Of a stretch of 64,000 bases of DNA, positions 62,701 to 64,000 are shown in pieces; the first letter of the stretch is position 1, and each line of letters starts with the position of its first letter. Location of the stretch: NCBI GenBank assembly GCA_040081625.1, contig JBEBGD010000008.1:1-64000 (forward strand). Direction: 5' to 3'. The translations under genes were made by a program, and so were the position numbers. The notes under the pieces are model-generated. The model saw only the letters and a program-made list of their open reading frames with translations, had not been told where the DNA came from and did no database searches. This DNA is from Chthoniobacteraceae bacterium. GTDB taxonomy: Bacteria; Verrucomicrobiota; Verrucomicrobiia; Chthoniobacterales; Chthoniobacteraceae.

Positions 62701-64000
62701 CCTACATCACGATGAACACGCCGTCCTCCGGGTCGAACGTGTTGACGTTTGCGTCTGTCAACTTCGCAAGCGCCGGTTCCTCGCTGAACCTCATCGGCGT
62801 TCCGGGCATTGGCACGACCAATCAGGTCAAGATCACGGCGGCGCTTCCGGCCAATGCGGCCATCAACGGCATCATGCCGCGCACCTTCATCAGTGGTGGG
62901 ACGGACTTCGCGGAATACAACGCGACAAACGGCGTGCAGGCGTTCACGGGTTACGTGTCCGACGTCAACACCGCGACCAACGCGCAGACGGTGGAGTTCA
63001 CCGCGAGCGCGAACACGACGGCCAACCGCTTTGTCAATGCGATCAAGATCAACGGCGACACGCTGAACATCGGCGGCGGGACGGCGAATCGACTGACGCT
63101 CACGGCGGCGGCGATCCTGAACACTGGCGGCAGCAACACGCTGAGCACTCCGCAGGTCAGCTTCGGCACGACGAATGCCGGGTTCATTCAGGTCGCGAGC
63201 GGCACCACGCTCACCATGGACAGCATTCTGTTCGGCTCGGCTGGGTGGGCGAAGGCGCTCCCCGGCACGCTCCAACTCAACACGTCCACCTACCTCACTG
63301 GCGTGACCAGCCTGCTCAATGGTGTGACGAAGCTGAACGGCGGCTTGAACACGATGTTCCCGAATCAACAGTTGGTCATCAACGAAGGCGCGACGCTGGA
63401 CCTCAACGGCAACGCCCAATACGTCGAGCGTCTCAACGACCCCGGCACGATGCCCGGCGCGGGTGGTTCGATCACGACGAGCACCGGCACCGGCACGTTC
63501 GTGACGAACATGGGCGGCAGCACGCTCTTCTCCGGCGTGATCAGTGGCGACGTGAACTTCGGCCGCGTCAACGGCAACACGCTGACGATCAATACTGCGC
63601 AGACCTACACCGGTTCAACGACGCTCATGGGCGGCAACACCACGCTCGAAAGCGACGCCACGCTGCTCACCACCTCGGCGATCGACCTCAACGGCGGCGC
63701 GCTCCTCCTGAGCAACAACACCGGCCTCCAGACACAGATCAGCGACCGTATCGGCGACACGATCCCGATCACTCTGCGCGACGGCACGATCAGCGTCACC
63801 GGCCGTGTCAGCACGGCGGCGACGGAGACCCTTCTCTCGGTCGATTCCGCGCAAGGCGCGAACACGATCACGGCCACCAACGGCGGCGGCACGTTCACTT
63901 CCATGGTGCTGACCATCGGCACACTCACCCGCAACGCAGGCACGACACTCAACTTCACCGGCACGAACCTCGGCCAGCAGGGGAACAACGCGCGCATCGA
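56799..64000 (+). CDS. Giant secreted autotransporter-associated beta-strand repeat protein (partial, >2400 aa, runs off the window)
   Basis: Frame spot-checked from ATG 56799 (alternative 56862) to the window end. Signal peptide ...LLPHAVKA|ATLVWDG. Repeated TKTGNGTLALTG / LTKNGAGTMTIGGTNTITG / KAGTGLWILSNPANTYTG units. Absent from the ORF track, presumably because it has no stop codon in the window. Confidence 0.88.
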   Translation, partial: MRKSTRPSRLTSRRSARILARMKRRLPRFILATAAAFLLPHAVKAATLVWDGDTDGSNSAIGGTGTWDQVLGNWDPDFNPIDNSNSNNQAWTNATFDIALFGGTAGTVTLGESIVAGGLVFNTTGYTLQSSVPANTLTLTPPAGVNSPIIHVGSAVGERATIASTLAGTAGFTKTGNGTLALTGTVANTISGDIVIKAGNLVINNANQLGTGTTAISITGIAGTGNPGFSGGSLVLDGSLGGITMNREISVSGRGPGAVNSSGGLVSVGYNTIAGGLTIGTGATEGRAVATHGITTISGGLYLGVTNSTNVSSSVFYGNGNWIISGRIGGSEIQNDDFIKTGNVVATTMWLQNIDNDFAQSFRIDSGTIRVSDDRALGLNTGTQSLDLNAGRLEARSDTPNFNTRNVNLRGNTVQMFVDRAIGGSALNQEFVFGNLNNSAINGGLTMEGRNGAGLTINGPSGTINWINGGTLNFTNSGNGLYKINASVNRLSETSGRTITLGATGEIQLTGNLLQAGTGAVSLSKTGVGTLTIGGTASTATGSTSITDGTLSISSFASIPSGAISFANATTTPGTLTYTGGTTTAANPLTFNTTTAPVYINASGTGALTLTGAITSTLTNAKTLVLGGTAQFDNSFNAVLANGGASTNATSLQKIGSGRWLLSGSANNTFTGSTTVSQGTLKIQEFGTGANDFDVLPNAGAIIFNVDTFTQSAGGTLNYAGIASLPVAESVGALTNTAGSNTLSVTPGAGGTAALTFASLAVPAVGSGLNITTTAGGTVTLTGAANVNGILSPKLVFNGADFAAGSAVGAATYTNSAVALVAANTTPYRITGSFNQPTVSVNAGLKFDTAQTITINNGATLTITNGGTTGGGILVTGGVTATIANAGTATGVTTGSGGDIVVRTNTSGDTLAFNAPIINSGTNAISLTKNGAGTMTIGGTNTITGTVTVNEGTLQLTSGATLAGTNVALVVRQGATLDLGGTSLGTATGGGANVFNGAGTVTNSAAATTSILRVGNGGTSGYFSGIIQDGAGTVSLSKGGAGTTSLSGANTFSGGIRITGGVVAVTTLSNIGSPSGIGEGDETDATSNANSLIFDGGTLTYTGATGAIYQTTQTPSVSIDRLFTLAGAGTISSEGSYGANRLTRGNNNATLIFNNPLPVAFLGAGTRTLTLQGDSIGDNQLNLKLIDNTNAAEALSVTKAGTGLWILSNPANTYTGVTTISAGALRAQEGTSLPSGPTGSNLFINGGVFESTGTFARALGTGQGQLRFVPAGNGGFSAGDTKLTWDVSSLGTPVWGTTTDFIGAGVLILNSTTSIADVEVAGDLNLGAGATPVVNATTTAAGATVTLTAGTTAGLTIGQTFTGNANIPVGAFITAITGPATFTLNSGTGVLAGTGIATTLSGNGWREVVVNDNLSTNLDFATFSGVLGGTGGLGKIGTGSLILGNANTYSGNTVIRQEAVFATSIGAAGATSSSFGTNVGGGIVELGNPSTSTTVNLMYVGPGEVATRQINITGTTGTRRIDSSGGGPLVLTNLINSSAASVNTTSGARTLSLRGTNTDGNMVTSTLTNDGANILTVIKEDGGFWILNPSAPNTFTGVLGVNGGTLGLTANGIGSVPSINFSNASILAFGGPLTVPVPVSQSNNTTAVFAGANAITLNGTYTVAAGNNAQTISNNLEGGAVLTINNNFINLKANDQTINFRGYGSTIWNGSIQNAAANTTAWNIAIANDAFFTTSGAANTFTGTKTLSQGTLNLDKTAPFGPSGQFNFGGGVVVAGVDLAASPITNPVFLTGDPATFSGFNGITLNGLVTNNAGNRTLFNNLDTATDLTIAGGIFLSNDATGRTLTLRGSGDTIVSSIVSNGATATAAGTLAYSAAAGSLTLSAANTATGALVANRNTILLNGAGAWAGSGSVFPLGTITLDNTAGSVNRLADAGGFTGTGGTLNLIGNDTGGTNETTGALTINTVQTYITMNTPSSGSNVLTFASVNFASAGSSLNLIGVPGIGTTNQVKITAALPANAAINGIMPRTFISGGTDFAEYNATNGVQAFTGYVSDVNTATNAQTVEFTASANTTANRFVNAIKINGDTLNIGGGTANRLTLTAAAILNTGGSNTLSTPQVSFGTTNAGFIQVASGTTLTMDSILFGSAGWAKALPGTLQLNTSTYLTGVTSLLNGVTKLNGGLNTMFPNQQLVINEGATLDLNGNAQYVERLNDPGTMPGAGGSITTSTGTGTFVTNMGGSTLFSGVISGDVNFGRVNGNTLTINTAQTYTGSTTLMGGNTTLESDATLLTTSAIDLNGGALLLSNNTGLQTQISDRIGDTIPITLRDGTISVTGRVSTAATETLLSVDSAQGANTITATNGGGTFTSMVLTIGTLTRNAGTTLNFTGTNLGQQGNNARI

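Overview
GC-rich bacterial chromosome segment, most likely Verrucomicrobiota (Chthoniobacter/Spartobacteria-like). This is inferred from PVC-typical families: a Minf_1886-like protein, a PVC-type CxxCH heme protein, 'LEARIAPA'-leader proteins and a giant autotransporter-associated beta-strand repeat protein. The window spans the probable replication origin (DnaA boxes, dnaA, dnaN) and housekeeping genes (alaS, tRNA-Leu(CAG), an htrA-like protease, lipB, ruvC, guaB, bcp, clpB). The most notable accessory content is: (i) a CDP-sugar cluster with C- and O-methyltransferases next to a TPR-GT41 protein glycosyltransferase and a >2400-aa surface protein that runs off the window and is missing from the ORF track; (ii) a ModABC-like operon with a duplicated, Cys-rich binding protein, a HesA-type ThiF enzyme and an unknown Cys-motif membrane protein; (iii) an ExbB/ExbD/TonB-like operon whose ExbD has Asn at the normally essential transmembrane Asp; (iv) two in-frame insertions in alaS and a palindromic in-frame insertion in a radical SAM gene; (v) a REP/MITE-like palindromic element. 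No CRISPR array, rRNA, prophage or intact transposase was seen. All product calls come from motif recognition by eye, not from database searches.
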